A stretch of 32,000 bases of DNA. Origin: Promethearchaeum syntrophicum (GTDB taxonomy: Archaea; Asgardarchaeota; Lokiarchaeia; Sigyniarchaeales; Promethearchaeaceae). The number at the start of each line of letters is the position of its first letter. The first letter of the stretch is position 1. The notes beneath the pieces were generated by a model that had not been told where the DNA came from, did not search any database, and worked only from the letters and a program-made list of their open reading frames with translations. The stretch is from the NCBI RefSeq assembly GCF_008000775.2, contig NZ_CP042905.2, forward strand, positions 2,070,001 to 2,102,000, given 5' to 3'. This document shows, piece after piece, positions 15,747 through 23,832 of this stretch. The position numbers and the translations under genes were made by a program.

Positions 15747-18700
15747 CTAAATTAATTTCTTGGGTAATGTAAATGAAAAGGATGAACCTTCACCCAATAC
15801 ACTGGTAAATGTGATATGTCCTCCGTGAAGTTCAATTAACTTTTTTGTCAACATCAACCCCAATCCAGTTCCTTCAATAGATTCCACATAATCTGATTCA
15901 ACTCTCTTAAATTCTTGAAAAATAATTCCAAAATCCTCTGGTGCAATCCCAATTCCAGTATCAATTATTTTAAATTTCCAATTCTTTTCATCTTCCATAA
16001 AATCTAATTTTATTCCGCCTTTTTCAGTATATTTGATAGCATTACTTAAGAGATTTAGAAGTATTTCTTTAAACCTTATCGGATCTGCATTAATAATTGT
16101 GCCTTTTTCAAACCCAACTAACTCAAAATTCAATCCTTTTTTTTTATAAAGTGGTTTTACTTCGATTTCAATTTGAGAAACCAAATTCAATAAATCAAAA
16201 TCTCTGTACTTTAATTCTACTTTTCCTGCTTCTATTTTTGAAATATCTAAAATATCATTTATTAGATTTAATAAGTGTTCTGCCGATGTTCTGACGTTAT
16301 TAAGATAATGATCTTGTTTTTCGTTCACATCTCCATAGAATTTCTCAATCAAAATATCTGTAAAGCCAATGATACTATTTAATGGAGTTCTTAGTTCATG
16401 AGACATTGATGCCATAAAATCAGATTTAAATTGGGAAGATTTAATAAGTTGATCTTGATATTGTTTTTGCTGCTCTAATGATTCAGTAACATCACGAGAA
16501 ATCGAGGAAATTCCAACAATATCTCCCTTTAAATCTAAAATTGGGGAAATTGTCACATTAACACTTAATACCTTTCCATCTTTTCTAAGACGTTTAGTTT
16601 CAAACAATTTGTAGGATTCACCTTGAACAACTTTTTCTATTAAGTTGGGAATCTCTTCCATGCGATCAGGTGGAATCAACATGCTTATTGATTTTTCTAA
16701 AACTTCCTCCAATGCATAACCATATATTCTTTCAGCACCCTTATTCCATGATTTAATCATTCCCTCTTTATCCATGCTTACAATCGAATCTGATGAAGTT
16801 CCAACAATACTTGCTAATCTCTTCGTTTCTAATTTATATTCTATACTGATTATTCCTAATTTAATTCGTGTTAAAATTTCTTTTAATAATCTTTTTTCTT
16901 CATCTAAAAATTCCTTATTAATTTCATAAACTACCTCAATTTTCAATGGAATATCATTAATTTTATCAGAAATGGTTAATTTCCATTCGGATTCTTTAAA
17001 ACTTGTTGTTTGGGCTTGATTTTCTCCATAAATTATTTTTACCATAGTTATTTCTGGATATTGCCATGATGAACGAATCAGAGGTAGAACTCCATAGAGC
17101 AATTCCTTGATGGTAATGTCTGGTACAACTAAAAGACTGGAAATTCCATATAAACATTTTAATCCTTTAATCCTGACTTGAAGCATTAATTCGGATTCCA
17201 AAATTTGTTTTTCTTTTTTTTTCCGGTCAGTAATATCTTCAAATATTTCTAAAAGTGCCGGTTTTCCATTGAAATTTTCAATTTTTGTGGAACTAATCTC
17301 AAAATCTCGTTCTTCGTCAAATTTTGACAAAAATAATTTGTCCTCAAATTTTAAAGATTTAATATTCTGACTGAGTGATTTGTTTCTCAGTGGACACATA
17401 TCATCACATGGTTGCTCTCTGCCTCTTAAAATTTTATAACATATCTTCCCGTCAAGAATTCCGTCATATATTTTAGAAGAGCTTCTATTATGGAATAAAA
17501 TTTCATAATCTTCAGATATTACAAAAACGGGATAATTTAGAGTATTTAATATAATATTTAATTGATTTTTTGAATTTTCCAGCTCCCTAGTCCTTAATTC
17601 TACCTTTTGATCTAAATCCAAATTTAAATTTCGTAATCTGAATTCTGTTTCCTTTAATTTATTCTCCCGTGATTTACTTTCAGTAATATTTCTGACAAAA
17701 ACAGCAATTTTATTCTCATCATAGAAAAACAATCTCGCCTCAAAAATTTCAATTATCTCATTTTGTTGTTTTAAAGGAAATTCAACTACCTGTGGTTTTT
17801 TTGTTTTAAATACTTCTAAAGATTTTTCTTCAATCAATTTTGAAATCTTATTTGGAAAACCAATAAAAAGATCTTTTCCCAATAAATTATCTAAAGGAAC
17901 GTGAAGTAAATTTTTATCTCCGTGAAATTCCAAGACATCTCCCTTTTTAGAGAGTAATAAAAATAAATCAGGAATAGCTTGAAAAATGGTTGTAAATTTT
18001 TTAAGTGAATTTCTTAAATTTTTCTCATTTTTTTTCTGAATCTTATAATAACGCATTTTTGCGATTCCTAAGGAGAGATTATTCACCATTTTTGATATTA
18101 ATTCCACATCATCTTCATCGAATGTGTTTTTATTTCCTGAATATATGCCTAACACACCAATTACAATATTCTCTATAATGATTGGGATTGAAATTGATGA
18201 TAGAAAACCTGATCCATCGAAAACAGTTTTCCAATTTTTAAATTTTTTTTCTGCACTTAAATCGTTAATAATATAATTTTTTCTTGTTCTTATCGCTGTT
18301 CCGCTAGGACTTTGATCTTTTACAGATTCGGACCATGTAAATTTCAATTTTTTTCCATCATATTTAGAATTATCAAAGATATTATATCCAGCTAAAGCAA
18401 CTGGTTTTATTGATTTTTCTTCATCATATTGGACTAACCCAATCCAACAAAATTGGTAATTTTTAAATTGAATAATCTCTTCACAAAATTCTTGAAACAT
18501 TCCCATTTCATTTTTTGCATTTGAAATTAGAAAGTTAGTTTGACCTTGAATAAAGGTTAATTTCTCAATCTTTCTCTGTCGCGTTATGTCAGTTCCTAAG
18601 CTAAGAACACCTTCAATATTCCCTTTTTTATTATATACATTAGAATTATGCCATCTAATGATTTTTTCTAATCCTTTTTTAGTTTGTACAGCATTTTCAA

Positions 18701-18932
18701 AATAATCTACTTCTTTTTCACCATTTATCACCTTATTAAAAACTCTCTCCATTTCTTCCCTTTTAGAATGAGGAATACAAGTTTTGAACCAATTTTTACC
18801 CAATATTTCATTTTCTCTATATCCAAGTATTTTGTTACCCTTTACGTTAATATAAAGTATTTTCCCTTTTCTATCTAATTGTAGAACTATCGCATCAATA
18901 ATGTTCAAATATTTTCTATCGTTTCCAATCAT
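15747..18932 (-). CDS. Cytoplasmic multi-sensor histidine kinase (PAS-GAF-PAS-PAS-uncharacterised module-PAS-HisKA-HATPase_c)
   Basis: 1061 aa with no TM segments. It has PAS-like blocks, a GAF-like block (FCWIGLVQYDE...IGVLGIYSG), H-box SHELRTPLNSIIGF, N-box LLSNAIKYT, DTGIGI and GTGLGLM. Confidence 0.9.
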   Translation of the reverse strand: MIGNDRKYLNIIDAIVLQLDRKGKILYINVKGNKILGYRENEILGKNWFKTCIPHSKREEMERVFNKVINGEKEVDYFENAVQTKKGLEKIIRWHNSNVYNKKGNIEGVLSLGTDITRQRKIEKLTFIQGQTNFLISNAKNEMGMFQEFCEEIIQFKNYQFCWIGLVQYDEEKSIKPVALAGYNIFDNSKYDGKKLKFTWSESVKDQSPSGTAIRTRKNYIINDLSAEKKFKNWKTVFDGSGFLSSISIPIIIENIVIGVLGIYSGNKNTFDEDDVELISKMVNNLSLGIAKMRYYKIQKKNEKNLRNSLKKFTTIFQAIPDLFLLLSKKGDVLEFHGDKNLLHVPLDNLLGKDLFIGFPNKISKLIEEKSLEVFKTKKPQVVEFPLKQQNEIIEIFEARLFFYDENKIAVFVRNITESKSRENKLKETEFRLRNLNLDLDQKVELRTRELENSKNQLNIILNTLNYPVFVISEDYEILFHNRSSSKIYDGILDGKICYKILRGREQPCDDMCPLRNKSLSQNIKSLKFEDKLFLSKFDEERDFEISSTKIENFNGKPALLEIFEDITDRKKKEKQILESELMLQVRIKGLKCLYGISSLLVVPDITIKELLYGVLPLIRSSWQYPEITMVKIIYGENQAQTTSFKESEWKLTISDKINDIPLKIEVVYEINKEFLDEEKRLLKEILTRIKLGIISIEYKLETKRLASIVGTSSDSIVSMDKEGMIKSWNKGAERIYGYALEEVLEKSISMLIPPDRMEEIPNLIEKVVQGESYKLFETKRLRKDGKVLSVNVTISPILDLKGDIVGISSISRDVTESLEQQKQYQDQLIKSSQFKSDFMASMSHELRTPLNSIIGFTDILIEKFYGDVNEKQDHYLNNVRTSAEHLLNLINDILDISKIEAGKVELKYRDFDLLNLVSQIEIEVKPLYKKKGLNFELVGFEKGTIINADPIRFKEILLNLLSNAIKYTEKGGIKLDFMEDEKNWKFKIIDTGIGIAPEDFGIIFQEFKRVESDYVESIEGTGLGLMLTKKLIELHGGHITFTSVLGEGSSFSFTLPKKLI

Positions 18933-18983
18933 AAGTTTGCTACCTTATCTAGTAGTTAAAAAAAGAAGTATATATCATATATA

Positions 18984-19616
18984 TTACTTCATGCCTTCTG
19001 GTGAAAACATATTATTTAACACATTTTCTATCTCTTTAGCGGATTCTCTCATCATTTTAATATAATTTAAAAAATCTCCTTCTGAAATTTCAGTTTTTTG
19101 TTCTATGATTAAATCACAAAATCCTAAAATCGTGTTAACTTCGCCTCTAATTTTAACATTAAAAGATTCTAAAGGCACTAAATATTCCTTATTCATAAAC
19201 ATTGAATGAATTTTAACAAAAAAATCCAAAAATGCAGCATTATCATCAGTTAAAATTCGTTTGGTTCCAATCTTTCGAAATAATTCTTCAATTTGCTGAA
19301 AAATAAATGTAGATATCACTGGTAATTCTGCATCTCTTAAAAATATTAAAGCATAAGATTGTTTTCCTCCTCTTGCACTTGCATCTTCCACTTCTATTTT
19401 GCAAACTTGAGAATAAAATTTCTTATAATCTAAATAAACATATTTATTAGTTGTATTCAACGAATCTCGAAGTAAATCTCTGATGAAATCTTCATCTTTA
19501 ATATCGATTGATGAATAAAGAGATGTAGGACCTAAGATCTGGTCATATTTTCCAATAATTAATAAAAATTGCTCTTTATCTAGCCATTTTTTGAAATTGC
19601 TGTATTTTTCCGACAT
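18984..19616 (-). CDS. Longin/roadblock-like domain protein with a C-terminal His-less DHp (HisKA-like) helix pair
   Basis: The N-terminal part is FLLIIGKYDQILGPTSLY...SYALIFLRDAELPVISTFIFQQIEELF. The C-terminal NVKIRGEVNTILGFCDLIIEQKTEISEGDFLNYIKMMRESAKEIENVLNNMF aligns by eye to MSHELRTPLNSIIGFTDILIEKFYGDVNEKQDHYLNNVRTSAEHLLNLINDIL of the adjacent kinase, with Val at the phospho-His position. Confidence 0.55.
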   Translation of the reverse strand: MSEKYSNFKKWLDKEQFLLIIGKYDQILGPTSLYSSIDIKDEDFIRDLLRDSLNTTNKYVYLDYKKFYSQVCKIEVEDASARGGKQSYALIFLRDAELPVISTFIFQQIEELFRKIGTKRILTDDNAAFLDFFVKIHSMFMNKEYLVPLESFNVKIRGEVNTILGFCDLIIEQKTEISEGDFLNYIKMMRESAKEIENVLNNMFSPEGMK

Positions 19617-19695
19617 TTTAACGCCATGAATTTTTTATTAAATAATTTAAGAAGAATATTTTTAAAAATAAAATTCTCCAAAATAGGAGATCCGT

Positions 19696-20091
19696 TCATA
19701 TCCTTAATAAGTTTTGAATTTTCTCTCTAAAATTTTTAATAAGTAATGGCTTTGATATATAATCATTAAAGCCAGATTCTAATATTCGTTCCTTATCTCC
19801 TTTCATAGCAAATGAAGTTACAGCAATAATAGGAGTTTTATTAAATTTTTTATCTTTTCGAAGTTGTTTACAAATATCTGTTCCACTTATATCGGGAAGT
19901 TGAATATCTAATAAAATTATATCTGGATTACTTGAATATATTAAATTAAGACCATCTCTGCCAGTAGCTGAGGTTAGAATTTCTAAATTTGGGATAGTCG
20001 CTAAAACTGCTACAAATAATTCCAGATTTTTTTCATTATCTTCGATGATATATATTTTCTTCTTCAAATTATTTCCTCCATTTTCATGCAC
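19696..20091 (-). CDS. Single-domain CheY-like response regulator receiver (first gene of a 4-gene co-directional array)
   Basis: KIYIIEDNEKN...IILLDIQLPDISG...TPIIAVTSFAMKGDKERILESGFNDYISKPL. An alternative TTG start sits after an internal GGAGGA (..AATGGAGGAAATAATTTG..). Confidence 0.9.
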   Translation of the reverse strand: MHENGGNNLKKKIYIIEDNEKNLELFVAVLATIPNLEILTSATGRDGLNLIYSSNPDIILLDIQLPDISGTDICKQLRKDKKFNKTPIIAVTSFAMKGDKERILESGFNDYISKPLLIKNFREKIQNLLRI

Positions 20092-20621
20092 AAAAACTCC
20101 TTTGTAATTTTACTTAAAATTGTTATTAATGCAAACCGTAGAAATGAGATTTTTAACTTTCTTTCTATTTGGTTTGATTATTTTTCTTAATTAAGAACCT
20201 GTTCATTTCTTCTATACGATGTTTCATTAGGGCAATATCCGAAAATTTTGTCTTTTCTACCTTAAAATTCATCCCTTTGTTTTGTGTTGAATCGAGCATT
20301 ATAAATTCATATTTTAATGTGTTTAAGTATGTAAATTATATTCCAAAATCCTTATAAAAATTTGGAATTTAATATAATAATATATTTTTGGGTTAATTTC
20401 AATTTATTACCTAAAATTGAAAAAAAAATTTATTTAAATCATAATTTGGAGAAAAATGTTATCCTAATTTGTGTTCTAAAAGCAAATGAGATATATTTAC
20501 TGAAAATCTTAAGTAATATAAGAATTCAATTTATTTTTTTCTATTGAGAAAATGAGAAAAAAAATCATTTTTATATAAAGGTTTAAATTTTTTTCTTACC
20601 CTATATAATTAACACAAAATT

Positions 20622-20627
20622 AGGAGA
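20622..20627 (+). promoter_or_regulatory. Shine-Dalgarno-like AGGAGA, 7 nt upstream of ATG 20635
   Basis: The sequence is ttAGGAGAtgatacaATG. A TTTATATA TATA-like box lies at 20570-20577. Confidence 0.35.
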
Positions 20628-20634
20628 TGATACA

Positions 20635-21021
20635 ATGGAAAAAAAACAAACAATTCGGAAAATTATTTTTTTAAGTATGCTTTTACTAAATCTTTTTGTA
20701 ATTTCTATAGCGGTTAGTGAAAATTCGGAAACAATTTTAGATTTTCGAGATGATTTAACTAGTAATTTTGACTCAACTACAATTCAAAAAGAAGAAAATG
20801 GTGGCGGTGGACCGCAGAGTGTCCCAGAGGATTATATGATCATAATCCAAAAAGAAGACAATGGTGGTGGTGGACCGCAGAGTATCCTAGATGACTATTT
20901 GATCTTAATCCAAAAAGAAGACAATGGTGGTGGTGGACCGCAGAGTGTCCCAGAGAATAATTTGATCATAATTCAAAAAGAAGATAATGGTGGCGGTGGT
21001 CCACAATTAATTGAAATTTAA
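20635..21021 (+). CDS. Small secreted protein with four tandem 21-aa IQKE[ED]NGGGGPQ repeats
   Basis: The N-terminal signal-like segment is KIIFLSMLLLNLFVISIAVSE. It is followed by IQKEENGGGGPQSVPEDYMII / IQKEDNGGGGPQSILDDYLIL / IQKEDNGGGGPQSVPENNLII / IQKEDNGGGGPQLIEI. Confidence 0.75.
   Translation: MEKKQTIRKIIFLSMLLLNLFVISIAVSENSETILDFRDDLTSNFDSTTIQKEENGGGGPQSVPEDYMIIIQKEDNGGGGPQSILDDYLILIQKEDNGGGGPQSVPENNLIIIQKEDNGGGGPQLIEI
20782..21006 (+). repeat. In-frame 63-nt tandem repeat, about 3.6 copies
   Basis: The units attcaaaaagaaga[ac]aatggtgg[ct]ggtggaccgcagagt... recur at a 63-nt period within the CDS at 20635-21021. Confidence 0.85.
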
Positions 21022-21028
21022 TCATAAG

Positions 21029-21039
21029 TTTTTTTTTTT
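21029..21039 (+). terminator. T11 oligo-T tract right after the repeat-protein stop codon
   Basis: The sequence is taatcataagTTTTTTTTTTT. Oligo-T is the archaeal terminator signal. Confidence 0.45.
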
Positions 21040-21043
21040 AATA
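21036..21043 (+). promoter_or_regulatory. TATA-like box TTTTAATA, about 26 nt upstream of ATG 21065 (implies a leaderless transcript)
   Basis: ttttaatatatatataggattttatacgaATG. The spacing from box centre to ATG matches the archaeal TATA-to-TSS distance, and no SD is present. Confidence 0.3.
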
Positions 21044-21064
21044 TATATATAGGATTTTATACGA

Positions 21065-22195
21065 ATGTCAAAAAATACTTATCTAAAAAACTTGAATCAA
21101 CAAGAACTTCGAATTTTGATGGAAATTCAAGAACATCCCTTAGCCACTTATGATGAATTAGCTCAAATTTCAAAATTTCCAAAGACTCAAGTATATCGGT
21201 TAGTTAAAAAATTAGAAGATCCATCTTTAAAACCCCCATATTTTAAAATTGTTACAGTTCCAGATCTTCAAAATTTGGGATTAAATCATCTGGAAGTTCT
21301 TGTTGAAACTGAGACTATATACCAATTAGATAAATGTAAACTACTTTGTGAAGAGCATCCTTATATATGGTATTATTCCAAATGTTTTGGTAAAATTAAT
21401 GGTATGTATGTTCAATTTCGAATACCCCTTGGTAAAAACGACAAAATTAATGAATTATTCAATTTAATGAAAGCACGCGGTTGGATTAAGAATTTTGAAT
21501 TGATACACTTTCATACTGAATCGATTTTAACTAAACCAGAAGTAAAAAATTGGAATTTTGATACTTTATCATGGAATTTCAATTGGAAAGATTGGCTAAA
21601 ACTTGCTGTTCCACAAAAAATGTACCCCAAAACCTTAAAAAAACACACCTTTGAAGATATTAGGAAATGGCTTCAGAGAAGAGATATTGCAATTCTTGCT
21701 GAATTATTAAGAAATGTAAGAAGAAAAAACAACACAATGATTCAGTTTTTGAAGGTCAGGGGATTTGACTTAACCCCTCAAATATTTAGTCGTAGGTTAA
21801 AAAATATTCGTAAATATCTAGTTAAAGATTATAGGACTGAAATTCACAGTGAGACTTTCGATTTGCTTTTTTCAATTCTGATTTTTGGTTATGGAGATAA
21901 ATTTAAATTGGAAGAAATTCGTAATCGTATTATTTCCAATCCCATTCCCTATTATTCCACTGTTAAAATAGATGATTATAAGATTTTTTGGTATTTACAT
22001 ATTTCTTTGGTAAATTTATCTGATCTTCTAGAATATTTTCAACCATTACTTCATAATCTGCAGTTTTATTATATAGATTCCCCTAAATCTAAAACTTTTT
22101 TACCTGATTATACAACTTTTAATGAAGAAAAAAAGGAATGGGTCCAGAATGATGAATTTCTAATTCAAGATGTGTTAAAAAAATTAGAGTCTTAA
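21065..22195 (+). CDS. Putative transcriptional regulator with two Lrp/AsnC-type winged-helix-like units
   Basis: Unit 1 is LNQQELRILMEIQEHPLATYDELAQISKFPKTQVYRLVKKLED, followed by a FKIVTVPDLQNLGLNHLEVLVE effector-like strand. A second similar unit is RRDIAILAELLRNVRRKNNTMIQFL..TPQIFSRRLKNIRKYLVKDY. Confidence 0.5.
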   Translation: MSKNTYLKNLNQQELRILMEIQEHPLATYDELAQISKFPKTQVYRLVKKLEDPSLKPPYFKIVTVPDLQNLGLNHLEVLVETETIYQLDKCKLLCEEHPYIWYYSKCFGKINGMYVQFRIPLGKNDKINELFNLMKARGWIKNFELIHFHTESILTKPEVKNWNFDTLSWNFNWKDWLKLAVPQKMYPKTLKKHTFEDIRKWLQRRDIAILAELLRNVRRKNNTMIQFLKVRGFDLTPQIFSRRLKNIRKYLVKDYRTEIHSETFDLLFSILIFGYGDKFKLEEIRNRIISNPIPYYSTVKIDDYKIFWYLHISLVNLSDLLEYFQPLLHNLQFYYIDSPKSKTFLPDYTTFNEEKKEWVQNDEFLIQDVLKKLES

Positions 22196-22315
22196 GAAAT
22201 CAACAACAGACATTCATATTAAGTAAAAAATATTAAAGATTCTGATAATTGAAATTGAGAAATCCATTTTAATATTAATATAAGTGTTAATGTAAATTTA
22301 AAAAAGAAAGAAGAT

Positions 22316-23470
22316 TTAATCCGAAATTTTCTTTGTTTCGTCCCCTTGTATTCTTTGGGTCGCGCTAGCATCATTCTTGATCGTTTGCTCGGTGATTTCT
22401 TCAGCTTGAGAAAACAAGTTCGCATACTGTTTATTGATTTGTGGATTGATTCTATGATTTGAGCTATCATTACTAAAATTAACTCCAATTTCCTTGGTTG
22501 CTTGCATGCCTTTATCAAAATCGAATTGAATTTTAAGTAGTTCATTGTTTTCTTCAAGTTTAAGCTTATCTCCGTCAAGATTTTGCCTTAATTTAAGTAA
22601 AATTTGATATGTATCTCCCGCTTCAAAGGCTCTCAACCAAGTTTTATAACGATATTCTTTGAATTTTCCTCGAATTTTTTCGAATGGCATTCTTATAACC
22701 GTGGGTTTGTATTGGACAGCGTCATCAACTTCGATTTGCCCCATCACCGGTATTATTGTAATACTTGGAGAGGAGAAAACAATTTTTGTAGCTTGATCGC
22801 TCGCAATTACCATTTTTGTTTTCAATTCATCAGCATTTTCTGCAAAAATATATTTTCCTGTGCTTTGCTTTGCAATTTCATAAAGTAGATATACATTATG
22901 ATCTCCCAATGCTCCAACTGTATCAATTGATGCTCTATATTCAAGTGCTTCACGGGCAAGCATGAAATATTTTTCATAGTTTTTATCATCTTTATTCCCT
23001 AACTCAACAGTAACATCCCCAGGTTCACCATCAGTAATCAAAATAATTTTCTTTGTTAGGTTTCCATTATAATTTTTCATCACTTTAATACCGTGTTTTA
23101 GGGCGTCGAATAATGCCGTTCCACCGCTGGCCCGTATCTTTTTGATATGATCAATAATTTTTTGTCTTGATTTTATAGTTATGGTTTCATTTCTAATAAT
23201 GGTCTTCAATGTGGATTCAAAAATTACCAGGTTAAAACCGGTTTCCAAAGGTAAACTCTTTACTTGCTCAATCAGTGATTCTTTGGCTTTTTTTATCCTT
23301 GAACCCGCCATTGATCCAGAAACATCTAATAACCAAACTCCCCAATATGGCTTTGAATCGGTTGTCCTCTCTGGTAGGATTTTGATGTCTAAACTCATTG
23401 AAAGTGTGTCTGTTGGTGGAACGCAATTAACTGATTGGTTGATTCCTATATATGGTATTTTCTCTGACAT
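22316..23470 (-). CDS. von Willebrand factor type A (vWA) domain protein with intact MIDAS motif and an unassigned C-terminal domain
   Basis: It has the MIDAS motif LLDVSGSMAG, then GGTALFDAL and ILITDGEPGD. The C-terminal ~170 aa are unassigned. Confidence 0.8.
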   Translation of the reverse strand: MSEKIPYIGINQSVNCVPPTDTLSMSLDIKILPERTTDSKPYWGVWLLDVSGSMAGSRIKKAKESLIEQVKSLPLETGFNLVIFESTLKTIIRNETITIKSRQKIIDHIKKIRASGGTALFDALKHGIKVMKNYNGNLTKKIILITDGEPGDVTVELGNKDDKNYEKYFMLAREALEYRASIDTVGALGDHNVYLLYEIAKQSTGKYIFAENADELKTKMVIASDQATKIVFSSPSITIIPVMGQIEVDDAVQYKPTVIRMPFEKIRGKFKEYRYKTWLRAFEAGDTYQILLKLRQNLDGDKLKLEENNELLKIQFDFDKGMQATKEIGVNFSNDSSNHRINPQINKQYANLFSQAEEITEQTIKNDASATQRIQGDETKKISD

Positions 23471-23832
23471 TTTATTTCCCTTATAAAGTATCTATTTTTT
23501 TTAACGAAAGAACATTATTAATTTTTCAATGATACAATGAAAAACTGTGAGAATAAAAATATGATGAATCAAGGAAAAACCAATTATCTAAGGAAAATTT
23601 CTGAATCAAATAATATCATGACAAGGCTCAAGCCATAAATTCTTAATTCTATTCTTTTAATAAAATTTTTCTCTTATTATCTTTAAACTCCGTTTTATTG
23701 AAATACTTAAACATTTGAGAATAAAACAAGGGATTTAATGGTAAATTTCTTAGTATTCTAAGGTATTGTATTTAATTTTACAGATTTATATGGTTTTTTA
23801 ATTTTTTATTACTTTTTGAAAAAAATTCAGAA

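Noticed and set aside
20362-20547. 61-aa ORF in the 543-bp intergenic region upstream of the repeat-protein gene.
   Set aside because: It has a TTG start, extreme I/L/N/K composition, and no SD, TATA spacing or motif. It is most likely non-coding promoter or leader DNA.
20782-21006. Regular 63-nt direct repeats, considered as a CRISPR array.
   Set aside because: The repeats are contiguous with no unique spacers, are in frame within an ORF that has a signal peptide, and encode a conserved peptide unit. No cas genes are present.
22219-22578. 119-aa minus-strand ORF overlapping the 3' end of the vWA gene.
   Set aside because: It is in a different frame from the 384-aa vWA ORF, which has MIDAS motifs. 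Its translation is low-complexity with no motifs.
23537-23638. 33-aa ORF (MKNCENKNMMNQGKTNYLRKISESNNIMTRLKP) in the 362-bp gap between the vWA and kinase genes.
   Set aside because: It has no ribosome-binding or promoter support and no motif, and its size is within chance expectation for this composition.
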